64,000 nucleotides of DNA from Octopus sinensis (GCF_006345805.1 NW_021835233.1:62001-126000); one strand, 5' to 3'. Counted from the first letter of the stretch, positions 37,631-50,861 are shown. Numbers and translations are program-made. Notes: generated by a model not told the origin, from the sequence alone.

Positions 37631-38739
37631 CTCCGAGAGGTCCAGTGGATTGTGTAATTGGTAGAGAGAATCAACAAAACATAAAATAGTGGTATTTTTA
37701 TTATGTCCCTTCATATCATATCTCTTATATTATTATATCTTTATATTATATCGATATTGTTTTTCCTTGACCTAATGACTCTTGGAACAATAGTCTGATG
37801 ACGCAGGCATCCACCTTTACGCACACATGTGCATACACACACACACTCTCACACGTATGCTCACACACACCTTCACATTCATACACCTGCTCATGTACAT
37901 TAACACACACACTAACAACCACAGATCTTCACACACACAGCCACATACATACACATACACACATACACATGTACCTTCACACACACACACACACAAGGCC
38001 AGCAATTTTTGAGAGGAGGGGGAATAGTTGATTACATTGACTCCTTTACTTGAATGGTACAAGGGGGTGCTGGAAATGGTATGAGGGGGTAAAAGAAAAC
38101 ACAGGAGGATCAGTTAATTATGATTTTGTTCAACATATTCCCCTCTCAGATTCACACGCTCATTGCAGCAGTCCTTCAGTTTTTCTAAGCCCTGCAAAAG
38201 AACTCAGAAGGTTGGGTCCCCAACCAGGCATTTCGCGATACCCTTAAAGTCAGGAACTTTGCAGCGTCTTCTCGTACATATTTTATCAACCCCAGAAGGA
38301 AGAAAAACAAACTTGACCGTGGCAGGATTTGAACTCAGAACATAATGAGTCACAGGCACTTCCATTAAGCATTTTGTCTGATGTACTAACGATTCCAGCA
38401 GCTCACCATCACCATCGGAACTGGATTGGTGTAGATGTTTGAGAGTGAAGAAATTGCTAAGCAGTATTTTCATTGCTTCCTTTTACATGGTATATTTCAG
38501 ATTATTTATCATTATAGCTTTACATTGTACTTTGTGAACCACTGTAATTGGTTGAGTGAGTCAGTAAAATGCCACCATGTGGTAATTTGTTAGCTTTTGC
38601 TTTCTGAGTTCAAATCCCATCGGGGGTCAAATTCCTTACTTTCTGTCCTTTCAGAGTTGATAAAATATGTGCAAGTTAATTAGGATTAGTATTGTTAATT
38701 TTCATTGATTACAGCCTTTTTACTAACTTTGTGGCTGCA

Positions 38740-39350
38740 TGCATTGTCAGTATCATCTTCATTGTCATCAACATCATCATCATCAGTTATCATGTTGTCA
38801 TCTTCCTCCTCATCATCATTGTTGTCATCATCATCATTCATATTGTTACTGATGTCAGCATCATCTTCATCATCAATATTGCTGTCATCATAATCATTGC
38901 CATCATCATCCTCATCATTATCATCATCATCATCAATACCATCATCATCTTCATCATCATCGATGCCGGTGTCATCTTCATCATTGTTGCTGTCATCATC
39001 ATCATCATCATCATTTTTGCCATCATCGTCATCTTCATCATCATTGCCATCATCATCATCATCATCATCATTATCCATATTGCTACTGGCATCATCGTCA
39101 TCATCATCTTCATCAATATTATTTTCATCATCATCATTGCCGTTGTCATCATCTTCATCACCGTTGCTGTCATCGTCATCATCTTTAATCATTATTGCTG
39201 TCATCATTTTTATTGTTCCCGCCGCCATCATCTTCACCATCATCATTGCTATCATCATCAATTTTGTTGCTATCATCATAGTCATCATAATCATCATCAT
39301 CATTGCTGTCATCATCACCATCCCCATAATTATCATCATCATCACCATAT
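38740..39350. repeat. Degenerate (ATC)n array
   Basis: Directly visible; source of the poly-D/I/S/M ORFs. Confidence 0.9.
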
Positions 39351-41239
39351 AACATCTGCCTTCCATATTAACATGCGTGTCTGCATTGGAAATCCTGATT
39401 TTGTGCCGTTAAAAATCCAGTAATTTTTTTTCTTGTTTCTGATTTAAGTTTTTAAAAAAAATATAATTCAATTTAATTCTGCCGTGGTTAATATGACAGT
39501 TTGATGCCGTAGTACGACTGGTTTGAAAAAGAACCTAAGAAATTCTTACTTCAAAGTCAAATGTATTTCTAACTTTTCAGTTTGGTTTTTTTTTCAACTA
39601 AAATGTTTTAACTTCTCTTAACTTTGAAGTAAAATTTTCTAACTTCATTTAGAAATTTATGTGTATGAGTACACATTACTTCTCAAATGATATGAACTGA
39701 TGTACTAAAATGCTGCATATTATTTCCAGGTGATGGCCACATATGTTGCACAAGCCGATGCATGTGTTCAACTGAGCTAGAAAACCTAATGTGGCCATTA
39801 ACTTCATAGAAATTCCGCCTGAGTCTCCCTCACATGATACCTTATCAACACAACCACCACCACCACCACCACTCCACTCCCCCTCCCCCACCCCTTCTCC
39901 ATCCCCCGAAAGGGGTCCTTGGGAGTAGTGTCCCTTCCTTTCTGAGCTAGTTTCTTAAAAATCATGGTAGAGGCCTTAGTCTCAGGATCACTCATGTCTA
40001 AATACTGAGGTTGGGTGTAAGCAAGGGCATGCTCCCTGTAGAAAATCCAGCTCTAAAAAAGCCTCATGATAGCAAAGGGGAATGGACACCATCCAGCCCA
40101 AAAGTTTGGGTGGGCTGCACCTGCCTACCTTGGTTGCTATGGCATTGAGGAGCTGGACTGGCTCCTGTGTAAGTGGCACATAAAAAGCACCATTTGAGTG
40201 TAGCCATTGCCAGTACTTCCGGACTGGCCCTTGTGCCGGTGTCACGTAAAAGCACCCACTACACACTTGGAGTGGTTAGCATTAGGAAGGGCATCCAGCT
40301 ATAGAAACTCTGCCAGATCAGATTGGAGGCTGGTGCAGCCATCTGGTTTGCCAGATCTCTGTCAAATTGTCCAACCCGTACTAGCACGGAAAGTGGATGT
40401 TAAACAATGATAATTCATAAATTCTATTCAATGTTTAAAATATTTAAAAGAAAATTTTCTGTGAGAGTGAGAACCTTACTTCCCAACCATGTGGTCTCTG
40501 GTTCAATCTTACTCTGCATTGGCAAGTATTTTCTGCTAAAGCCCAGGCCAAACAAAGCCTTGTAAGTAGAAACTGAAAGAAGCCCTGTGTCCACTTGTCT
40601 TGACATCACATAATGATTGTAACTGAGTATCACCATCATACAACAGTGTCATTTGTTTCTTGTCTTCCATGGAAAACACACCCAGCTGTGGTGAAATATT
40701 GCCTTCCTTGGCAATAGGTGAGGGTTGGCAACAGGAAAGGCATCCAGGCATAGAAAATCTGCCTTGGCAAATTCCATCTGACTCATGCAGAGATGCAAAA
40801 GTGGGCATTAAATGACGATGATGTTGATTGCAATGAAATTTAGTTTTCACTCTGACACACCTTCATTATACTTGTTTATACTTAAATCTTGTGAAACTTC
40901 AGAAATATTTCAGCATATATTTTCATGTCTTAATGTTCTTGCTAAGAGAACGGTTTACCAATTTGCGTGATAATTGTTATAGCAGCACCTCCTTAAACAA
41001 GTCTTTTACACTGGCATACATACACATCTAGACACCATCTCAAACACACTTCTTTCTCTATATTCACACATAATAATACAATGTCTTTCATGAACACAAG
41101 CAGCACTGTCTCTCTTGCTCATGTACATATATATATATATATACATACACACACATATATATATACACACATATATGTATATACACACACACACACACAC
41201 ATATATATATGTATGTATATATATATATATATATATGTA

Positions 41240-41280
<41 letters not shown>

Positions 41281-41338
41281 ACGTTAAACGATGATGATGA
41301 TGATGATGATATATACATATATATATATATACATATTT

Positions 41339-41375
<37 letters not shown>

Positions 41376-42419
41376 TCGAAACATATCTAAGTTTATCTAA
41401 GTTTATATATATATATACATACACATACACACACACACACACACATATATACACATATATATATGTATATATATACACACAGACACACACACACACACAC
41501 ACATATATATATGCATGTAACTTCTCTCTTTTGCATGCACACATAAAGCAAATTTAATTTATAATTGAAAATATCAAGAGCGTGTGATTTGATCTGTTCA
41601 TCTATCATTTTGATAGATATTTTCTTTTCATTTTGTTACTTTTGTTGTTAGTATTTGTAGGAAATATAATTTTGTTTAGATATAGAAAGAGAGAGAGAGA
41701 GAGAGAGAGAGTTTTGAAGAAGCGCATACACAAATCTGTGCATATAAACACCCGCGTATATTCACACACGTACAGCTTCCACGTTTGTTTATCATTCATC
41801 AAGCTGATAAATTCTTCATCAGTATGAAACTGATATCTTTCTATAGTCATATTTTTCAGAAGAAATTTTTGTGAATTCGTCAAAAGTTGCACAACAATTA
41901 AACACATTTATCTAATTATTTTCATTTCTCTTTTCGAGATTTGTGAATAGATCAAAGATAATTTAGCTAGCTTTCCAGACATCTTATGTACAATTGAGAT
42001 GATATAAATATGACGTTAGATATTATCCATTCCAGTTATGCACAGACTCTTAACGAAGAAAGATAAGCCGGCTACAAGATACAGTTGTTGTTTATTAACA
42101 TGTTGAATTTCATTGGTATTGCACTAATTACACAAGATTAATTAGCTTTTCTGATATATAGTTTGAAGTATTGTGGCATAGTGATTAATAAACACCAAAC
42201 AGATTTGCTAGTCATTCACTAGCATGGTGACTAATTTATCATCAGATTCAATGGTAGTGCTGTATTGATTTAATAAACTTCAAATATCACACTACTTTCT
42301 CGATTAATTAATCTCAGTCTTATTTTTAACTTATGCCGGCGTGGGAATGTTTTCTGTGGAGGCTGTCTTTGATTGTAAGCTTAGGGGAATGAGGTTATAT
42401 TGATGGTGTCAATATGAAG

Positions 42420-43620
42420 CTTGGGATAAGGTGGTAAGCTAGCAGAATCATTAGCATTTAAGGTGGTGAGCTGGCAGAAACGTTAGAACGCCGGGCGAAA
42501 TGCTTAGCAGTATTTCATCTGCCGTTACGTTCTGAGTTCAAATTCCGCTGAGGTCGGCTTAGCCTTTCATCCTTTTGGGGTTGATAAATTAAGTACCAGT
42601 TACGCACTGGGTCGATATAATTGACTTAATCCGTTTGTCTGTCCTTGTTTGTCCCCTCTATGTTTAGCCCCTTGTGGGTAGTAAAGAAATAGGTATTTCA
42701 TCTACCGTTACGTTCTGAGTTCAAATTCCGCCGAGGTCAGCTTAGCCTTTCATCCTTTGAGGGTTGATAAATTAAGTACCAGTTATGCACTGGGGTCAAT
42801 GTAATTGACTCAATCCTTTTATCTGTCCTTGTTTGTCCTCTCTGTGTTTAGCCCCTTGTGGGTAGTAAGAAATAGGTATTTCATCTACCATTACGTTCTG
42901 AGTTCAAATTCCGCCGAGGTCGACTTTGCCTTTCATCCTTTTGGGGTTGATAAATTAAGTACCAGTTACGCACTGGGTCGATATAATTGACTTAATCCGT
43001 TTGTCTGTCCTTGTTTGTCCCCTCTATGTTTAGCCCCTTGTGGGTAGTAAGAAATAGGTATTTCATCTACCGTTACGTTCTGAGTTCAAATTCCGCCGAG
43101 GTCAGCTTAGCCTTTCATCCTTTGAGGGTTGATAAATTAAGTACCAGTTATGCACTGGGGTCAATGTAATTGACTCAATCCTTTTATCTGTCCTTGTTTG
43201 TCCTCTCTGTGTTTAGCCCCTTGTGGGTAGTAAAGAAATAGGTATTTCATCTACCATTACGTTCTGAGTTCAAATTCCGCCGAGGTCGACTTTGCCTTTC
43301 ATCCTTTTGGGGTTGATAAATTAAGTACCAGTTACGCACTGGGGTCGATGTAATTGACTCAATCCCTTTATCTGTCCTTGTTTGTTCCCTCTATATTTAG
43401 CCCCTTCTGGGCAATAAGGAAATAAGAATTGTTAGCATGCTTGGCAAATTGCTTAGCAGCATTTCGTCCGTCCTTAAGTTCTGAGTTCAAACTCTGCCAA
43501 GGTCGACTTTGCTTTTCATCCTTTCAGGGTCGATAACATAAGTACCAGTTGAATACTGAGGTCAGTGTAATTCACTTTTTCCCCCTCCTACCAAATTGCT
43601 GGCCTAGCACCAATATCTGA
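42420..43620 (+). mobile_element. SINE family B tandem array, five ~183-bp units plus diverged flanking copies
   Basis: Unit starts at 42524, 42707, 42890, 43072 and 43256. Confidence 0.9.
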
Positions 43621-43636
43621 AACTGATAAACCTGTC

Positions 43637-43669
<33 letters not shown>

Positions 43670-45414
43670 TGCATGTATGTGTCTGCATGCATGTGTGTGT
43701 GTGTGTGCGTGTGTGTCTGTCTCCCTCATTCCTTGTCATACAAGCATTACCGTCATACAAGTCAGTGTGATACAAGCAGTGTCCTTTGTTTCAAATTTCC
43801 TGTGTAAGCATGTCCAGCCATGGGGAAATATTACCTTATTTGGAACCAGGTGATGGTTGATGACAAGAAGGACATCCAGCCATAGAATATCTGTCTCAAC
43901 AAACAAATTCCCCTCTTACCCATGCAGGCATAGAAAAGTGGATGTAAAAGTAATTTTGATGACGGGTGTATTTAGTTTAGCATACCACTATTTTTGTCAA
44001 CATGATGCCAGATCTTATATTTGCCTAGTTACCGTGTGATTCGATGGTAACGGTAATGCTGTACACTGAGATTTGTTGACCAATTCCACTTGTATGTTTA
44101 TATTATTCCTGCACTTAGCATACCGATGGCATTCTCAGTTTTCTTTTTATTAATGTATTCACAGTAAACACTTCACAATGTTGATTCTGGTTCTCAGGAA
44201 ATCATCCATCAGGATAATATGCAGTCTATTTACTTGTCTATTTATATTTCATTGCTTCAAATATTTGATACATTCTTTCCTAGCCTTCCTGAACATATGT
44301 TTCGATAAAAAAAAAAAACCTGCTAAATATTCACTTAAGATCTATTCAATGCAAACTTTATTAAGATATGTTCTCTGTAACTTGGAGACATGTTTTTAAA
44401 TTCTGGTTTTAACTTCCATATATATATGATTTTTCTAGAGCTTTCTTTTTTTTTTTTACAGTTGTTTTATTATTCTGTGAGTTTGTATGAAACTATCTTC
44501 CTTGCATAATGTATTCAACTGTTGTTGACAATTTTCTGCCTTGTCCTTGTTTAAAAATTACATCTGACAAATTATGCACAATTCAAAGCGAAATAAACGC
44601 AAAACAAAAATGCTACATGAATGTTTGAAGGTGAAAGCTGTCAGTACTTCAATAAAAGCCATCACCGAACCATTGAGAGCCTAAGATGATTAATATGACG
44701 TTACAAGGAAAATCATTCTTCTTGTGTAAACAGCTAAGCGTGATCCGAGAATAAAAATGTCACTGTCAAATGCAAACATTTTCTATGAAAGTGAATATAT
44801 TATATAAAAATTATATACAACCCCACACCAAAAAACAAAACACCAAAAAAAAACAAAGAACAAAACAGAAAAAAATTAAGGCAAAGAAGATTAATAAATT
44901 TATGGATAATTTTTATTTACTAATTTAGCGAGAACGTTCAAACTGTCTTTTAATATAGCAATTCTTGTTTGCCTATATTTTAATGTGTGTTTTATTTTAA
45001 TGTTTTTGGAGCTATATTTTCTATCATGCCAACATGCTTTTTTTGTTTTTATTCAATTTCAATATGTCCTGTTTAGTTTTGTCCATAAAGCTTAGATTTC
45101 TTTCCACATTCAATTTAATGTTGCAATTTCCCTGTTAATACAGGCTGAGTCGATCATCGGATTCAAATATTTGCTTATCTTATTTGTGTTTGAGCTTCGG
45201 ATAATCTCGCTCTATTGGCACAAGAGTAAACAATAGAACTCTGGTTATTAGCGGTCTGTCAAGCTTCATCCCTCAGCATAGTCTCTGAGAATTAATCGTG
45301 TTAAAGAACTTATTTTATGACCTTGGAATATATTTATTGAAGATACAGTTTTGGCCATTTCTATACAGCAACAACTCTGTTGCTTCACCAAATACATATA
45401 TATATATATATAAG

Positions 45415-45750
45415 GCCTGCAACATCAATATTAGCGGTTGGGAGGCAGTTGCCGGCAACCGTGGAGACTGGCGACGTACCGTAGGAGAGGGAATACAAAG
45501 GAGTGACAGAGAGAGAGAGAGAGAGGAGAAATGGAAAGACAAGAAAAGACGTCAACAAGAAACTATGGCATTACAACCAGCCAGGAACAGTCTTCGCTAC
45601 ATTTGCGGTACCTGCCAGAGGGAGTGTTTGTCCAGGATAGGACTACACAGCCACAGCAGGAAATGTATCAGGACATGAAATGTAAAAACCGGACTAGACT
45701 ACTTTATGCGCAACTCCATTGTCTCCCGAGACAAAAAGGATGCCAACTAT
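45415..45750 (+). mobile_element. RTE-clade LINE 3' end with C-terminal zinc-knuckle
   Basis: Reads KACNINISGWEAVAGNRGDWRRTVGEG…YICGTCQRECLSRIGLHSHSRKC* (CxxC…SRIGLxSH), then a short 3' UTR. Confidence 0.85.
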
Positions 45751-45755
45751 ATATA

Positions 45756-46169
45756 TGGCGCAGGAGTGGCTGTGTGGTAAGTAGCTTGCTAACCAACCAC
45801 ATGGTTCCGGGTTCAGTTCCACTGCGTGGCATCTTGGGCAAGTGTCTTCTGCTATAGCCCCGGGCCGACCAATGCCTTGCGAGTGGATTTGGTAGACGGA
45901 AACTGAAAGAAGCCTGTCGTATATATGTATATATATATATATGTGTGTGTGTGTATGTGTTTGTGTGTCTGTGTTTGTCCCCCTAGCATTGCTTGACAAC
46001 CGATGCTGGTGTGTTTACGTCCCCGTCACTTAGCAGTTCGGCAAAAGGGACCGATAGAATAAGTACTGGGCTTACAAAGAATAAGTCCCGGGGTCGATTT
46101 GCTCGACTAAAGGCGGTGCTCCAGCATGGCTGCAGTCAAATGACTGAAACAAGTAAAAGAGTAAAAGAG

Positions 46170-46170
<1 letters not shown>
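45756..46170 (+). mobile_element. SINE family A, full length, young-looking
   Basis: Nearly identical to 26894-27298 and to the reverse complement of 52487-52912. Confidence 0.9.
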
Positions 46171-46200
<30 letters not shown>

Positions 46201-46320
46201 TTATACATATCAAAGGGAAATGGAAATAAATTAAAATTTACATTTCCAGTGGTCTAATGTGTAAAAAGTTTAGTCAAAAAGACTATATATTAGTCATACA
46301 GTATAGTGTGTATTTAAAAA

Positions 46321-46481
46321 CATAAGGAATTCACTTATAGGGATTATACACGCTAGAAAGAACAGCTAGGTTCTATTATTTTTTCATTTTGTTCCTGTCG
46401 GGATTTTATCCCTAATTTTGTGGTTATAGAACCTAGCTGTTCTTTCTAGCGTGTAGGATCCTTATAAGTGGATTCCTTATG
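46321..46481. repeat. Foldback / MITE-like inverted repeat (~55-bp arms)
   Basis: cataaggaattcacttatagggattatacacgctagaaagaacagctaggttcta … tagaacctagctgttctttctagcgtgtaggatccttataagtggattccttatg. Confidence 0.8.
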
Positions 46482-46529
46482 TGTTTATATGTATTTATAT
46501 ATAAGAGGAATGGAAGATGGAGACAAACA

Positions 46530-47285
46530 CACCGACAAATGAAGTGAGTTGATGGCTCACAGGATGGCCTGCTGTGCTAACCTTGGATCGTAGAGTGACC
46601 CACAGTTCTTGAGGAGACCTATTGAGTCAAGTACGTGAACACCAACATCAAAATAAAAGTCAAATGGAGATTGTAGTTGTGATACCTGTGCCGGTGGCAT
46701 GTAAAAAGCACCATCTAAACATCGCTGATGCCAGCGCCACCTGATTGGTGTCTGTGTCAGTGACATGTAAAACACCAACCGATCGTGGCCGTTTGCCAGC
46801 CTCCTCTGGCTCCTGTGCCGGTGGCACGTAAAAAGCACCCACTACACTCTCGGAGTGGTTGGCGTTAGGAAGGGCATCCAGCTGTAGAAACACTGCCGGA
46901 TCAGACTGGAGCCTGGCGCAGCCTCCTGGCTTCCCAGACCCCAGTCGAACCGTCCAACCCATGCTAGCATGGAAAATGGATGTTAAATGATGATGATGAT
47001 GATGATGATGATGAAAGCTTTAATATGATTTGAACTTGTAACTATGAACTGAGAGAAAGAAAAGAAATGTTGTTATGGAGACCATCTAATGTAGTTACCT
47101 TAGTTTTATGTCTTTAAATTGTATTCATCATCATCATCATCGTCATTTAACGTTCGTTTTCCATGCTAGCATGAGTTGGACGGTTCAACTGGGGTCTGGG
47201 AAGCCAGGAGGCTGCACCAGGCTCCAGTCTGATCTGGCAGTGTTTCTACAGCTGGATGCCCTTCCTAACACCAACCACTCTGTGT
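46530..47285. mobile_element. Family C + copy (46530-47012) and - tail fragment (47128-47285)
   Basis: Conserved tail present in both orientations about 120 bp apart. Confidence 0.8.
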
Positions 47286-47580
47286 AGCATCTTTAATCTT
47301 TTTATCTTTTACTTGTTTCAGCCATTAGACTGTGGCCATGCTGGGGCACTGCCTTGAATAATTTTTAGCCAAATGAATCAACTCCGGTACTAGTTTGTTT
47401 TTTATAGGCTGGTACTTATTCTAGCAGTCTCATTTGCTGAACTGCTAAGTTAACGGAGGGTAACACACTTACACTAGTTGTCAAGCAAAAGTGGGGGACA
47501 AACACACACACACACACACACACACATACACACAGTGGCAAACTGGGTCTAAAAATATTGTTTGCCAGGAAATTAAGAAG

Positions 47581-47667
47581 GCCCACCTGCAACTACAAGG
47601 GGGCCCACCTGCAACTACAAGGGGGTGCCCATCTGCAACTACAAGGGCATCCACCTGCAACTACAAT
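47581..47667. repeat. ~22-bp tandem repeat (gcccacctgcaactacaagggg), 4 copies
   Basis: Directly visible. Confidence 0.85.
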
Positions 47668-48202
47668 GCTATCATTTAATCTTGTTATTCTCTTTAAGTG
47701 AACATTTTTCTAGTTGAAATACACCGAAAAATGGTGACACAGCAGTCAAAAAAAATCATAGAAAAAAAGCACCTTTTTGATGTAAATAATTTTTGGTGTT
47801 AACATGTCCAATTTGAATTTTTCCTTCTACGGAAGGAAGAGCAAGCCTTCTTCTATCATACTCTCAATTTTGGTCAACTTGTGCCGCAGGGTCTCGGAGG
47901 AGATAGTGTTAGTTGAAGGCTACCAAACCTGCCACACACAGACAACTTCAGCTTTATATATAGAGAGAGAAGAGAGATGTGTATGTGTGTGTGTGTTTTT
48001 GTTTGTTTGTATGTATCAGTTTTCTGATAAATTTTGTGTTTATTTCTTGTCCTTTTAAACCATTATCGAGCCATATTGAAAGACAGTTTCATTTTGATTG
48101 CGATTCCCTTTATCTCTCTTTACCGATTTCTTCTTTTCCATTTTGAAAGATGTGCTTGGAAGCATTCTTTGCCTTACTTTATCTCTCTCGACTCTCTTGC
48201 AG

Positions 48203-48299
48203 TTCCTTCACCATGTATGGCAAAGAAGAGGTGTATGATGTGTTGGTTGTCGCTGACTGGGGCCAGAAGCTTTCATTCTATCAACTTTCTGGAAAACAG
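48203..48299 (+). CDS. IFT122: IFT122 internal coding exon
   Basis: ctctcttgcAG acceptor and CAG|gtactt donor (48300). With the upstream CA it reads [33 protein letters not shown], matching IFT122 [21 protein letters not shown]. Frame is consistent with the previous exon. Confidence 0.92.
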
Positions 48300-48454
48300 G
48301 TACTTTTTTATATTTTATACTTTTGCTTTGCTCTTATTTGTGTGTGTGTGTGTGTGTCTCTCTCTCTCTGTATTTTTGAAGAGGGCAATCCTGTGGTCTT
48401 TTTCCTGAAGTGAGCTCACTGAATAAGACTTGGCATGGGAACCTTCACTCTTCC

Positions 48455-48862
48455 ATACTTCTTTCTTTATTACCCACAAGGGGCTACACACAGAGGGGAC
48501 AAACAAGGACAGACAAACGGATTAAGTCGATTACATTGACTCCAGTGCATAACTGGTACTTATTTAATCTACCCCACCTCAGAGGTCGACTTTGCCTTTC
48601 ATCCTTTCGAGGTCGATAAATTAAGTACCAGTTACGCACTGGGGTCGATGTAATCGACTTAATCCCTTTGTCTGTCCTTGTTTGTCCCCTCTGAGTTTTG
48701 CTTCTTGTGGGTAGTAAAGAAATAGGTACTTATTTAATCTACCCTGAAAAGATGAAAGACAAAGTCGACCTCGGCAGAATTTGAACTCGGAATGTAAAGA
48801 CAGATGAAATTCCGCTAAGTATTTCGCCCGGCGTGCTAACGTTTCTGCCAGCTCGCTGCCTT
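48455..48862. mobile_element. SINE family B - copy interrupted by an inverted + segment
   Basis: 20-bp direct repeat GGTACTTATTTAATCTACCC at 48555-48574 and 48725-48744 flanks the inverted piece. Confidence 0.8.
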
Positions 48863-48976
48863 GACTCTTCCAGTCTTGCTACATGTCCTGACCATTGATG
48901 ATGTTGTTTCATGATCAACAATTAGAAACTTTGACTGTTGGCTCTTTCTAGGACTTTGTTGTTGGTCACATAGTGT

Positions 48977-49012
<36 letters not shown>

Positions 49013-49750
49013 ACATGCACATGCACATACTTATACATACATATACACACATTCATATCATGTGATTCACCAGACTCATCATCATTGTCATCATTGTCGT
49101 TTAACATCTGCTTTCCATACTGGCATTGCTTGGATGGTTTGACTGAGGACTGGCAAGCCAGGGGGCTGCACCAGGCTCCAGTCTGATCTGGCAAAGTTTC
49201 TACAGCTGGATGCCTTCCTAAAGGGTGCTTTTTGTGTGCCACCGGCATGGGAGCCAGTCAGGAGGCACTGGCATGCTAGAATGGTGCTATATATGTGTCA
49301 CTGGCATGCGTGCCAGTCAGGAGGCACTGGCATTAGCCATGCAAAAATGGTGCTTTTTATGTGCAACCAGCATGGGTGCCAGTCAGGTGGCACTGGCATC
49401 AGTCACGTTTGAATGGTGCTATATATGTGCCACTGGCATGCGTGCCAGTCAGGTGGCATTGGCATCAGTCATGCTCAAATGGTGCTTATACATTGCTGGT
49501 GTGAATGAATTTTGCATTGTTTTAACTTTTGAAAGGATGCGACCCTGTGGGCTAGCCAAGCAGACCAATATTCCCCCTGATCAGAGAGCTAGTCTGTTGC
49601 AGGGTCACCCTTTTACAGCCAAATGGACTGGAACAACAAGAAATGAAAATTTTCGCTCATGAACACAATGTGCCACCTGGTGTAGGAATCGAATCTGCAA
49701 TCTAGTGACTGTGACTGCAGCACTTTTGCCACTAAGTCATGCACCTTCAC

Positions 49751-49796
<46 letters not shown>

Positions 49797-49799
49797 TAT

Positions 49800-50162
49800 T
49801 GACTGTGGCCATGCTGGAGCACCGCCTTTAGTCAAGCAAATCGACACCAGGACTTATTCTTTGTAAGCCTAGTACTTATTGTATCGGTCTCTTTTGCCGA
49901 ACCACTAAGTTACAGTGACGTAAACACACCAGCATCGGTTGGTCAAGTGATGTTGGGGGGACAAACACACACACAAACGCATATATATATATATATATAT
50001 ATACAACGGGCTTCTTTCAGTTTCTGTCTACCAAATCCACTCACAAGGCTTTGGTCAGGCCGAGGCTATAGTAGAAGTCACTTGCCCAAGGTGCCATGCA
50101 GTGGGACTGAACCCGGAATTTTGTGGTTGGTAAGTAAGCTACTTACCTCACAGCCACTCCTA
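49800..50162 (-). mobile_element. SINE family A
   Basis: Reverse complement of family A. Confidence 0.85.
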
Positions 50163-50169
50163 CGCACTT

Positions 50170-50852
50170 TTGCCATAATATATCTCTATTATTGTCACAC
50201 TGCCTTCTGCGCATGTGTGCTTATAGTTGGTAATATTATGGCTATATGATCAAAATTTGAGCCTGATTGCACCATCTTTCATTCTGGCTTTACAGTGTAA
50301 GCATGGTTGTTCCACTAGCAATGTGCACCAAAGAACAACAAAAAGCAGTGATCCAGTTTCTCTGGAAAAGGAGTGTACGTTCAACGGTGTAAGATACAGT
50401 TCTTTGCTGTCCAACAAACTGAAACCAGCAATTCACACCAGACACCAAAGCCTATTGTCGAAGAATGTTTTGTTGTTGCATGACATTGCACGCCCACACA
50501 CGGCCACTCAGACTGTTAAAACCATTAACCAATTGGGTTTTGAGGTGCTGGAACACCCTGCTTACAGCCCAGATCTTGTCCCTTCCAACTATTCTATCTT
50601 TGGACTGCTTAAAGATGGTTTATGAGGTCGTCGATTTCCTATGGATGAAGATGTGAATGAAGTGGTGCATAAAGGGTTGCATGTCCAACAAACAGAAAAC
50701 CTTCTTCTTGGAGGGAATATGTAAGCTTGTGGACCACTGGACCAAGTGCATCGTAAAGGAAGCAGACTATATAGAAAAATCCCCCTGCTCTTGTGTATAT
50801 ACATTGCAAAAACAAGCAAGGGTAGGAAATTATTTGATTTATAAGCCCTAAA
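50170..50852 (+). mobile_element. Decayed, internally deleted mariner (DD34D-type) transposon
   Basis: N-terminus CTKEQQKAVIQFLW joined to LLSNKLKPAI…VLLLHDIARPHTA…GFEVLEHPAYSPDLVPSNYSIFGLLKDGL*GRRF…FFLEGICKLVDHWTKCI…DYIEK (mariner HDNARPH and YSPDL motifs). Confidence 0.88.
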
Positions 50853-50861
50853 ATTCACTTC

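Larger units (their letters stand above)
36901..48202 (+). other. IFT122: IFT122 intron, 11,302 nt, GT-AG, phase 2
   Basis: GTGAGT donor, ttgcAG acceptor, in-frame join. A small lineage-specific exon inside it cannot be excluded. Confidence 0.75.
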
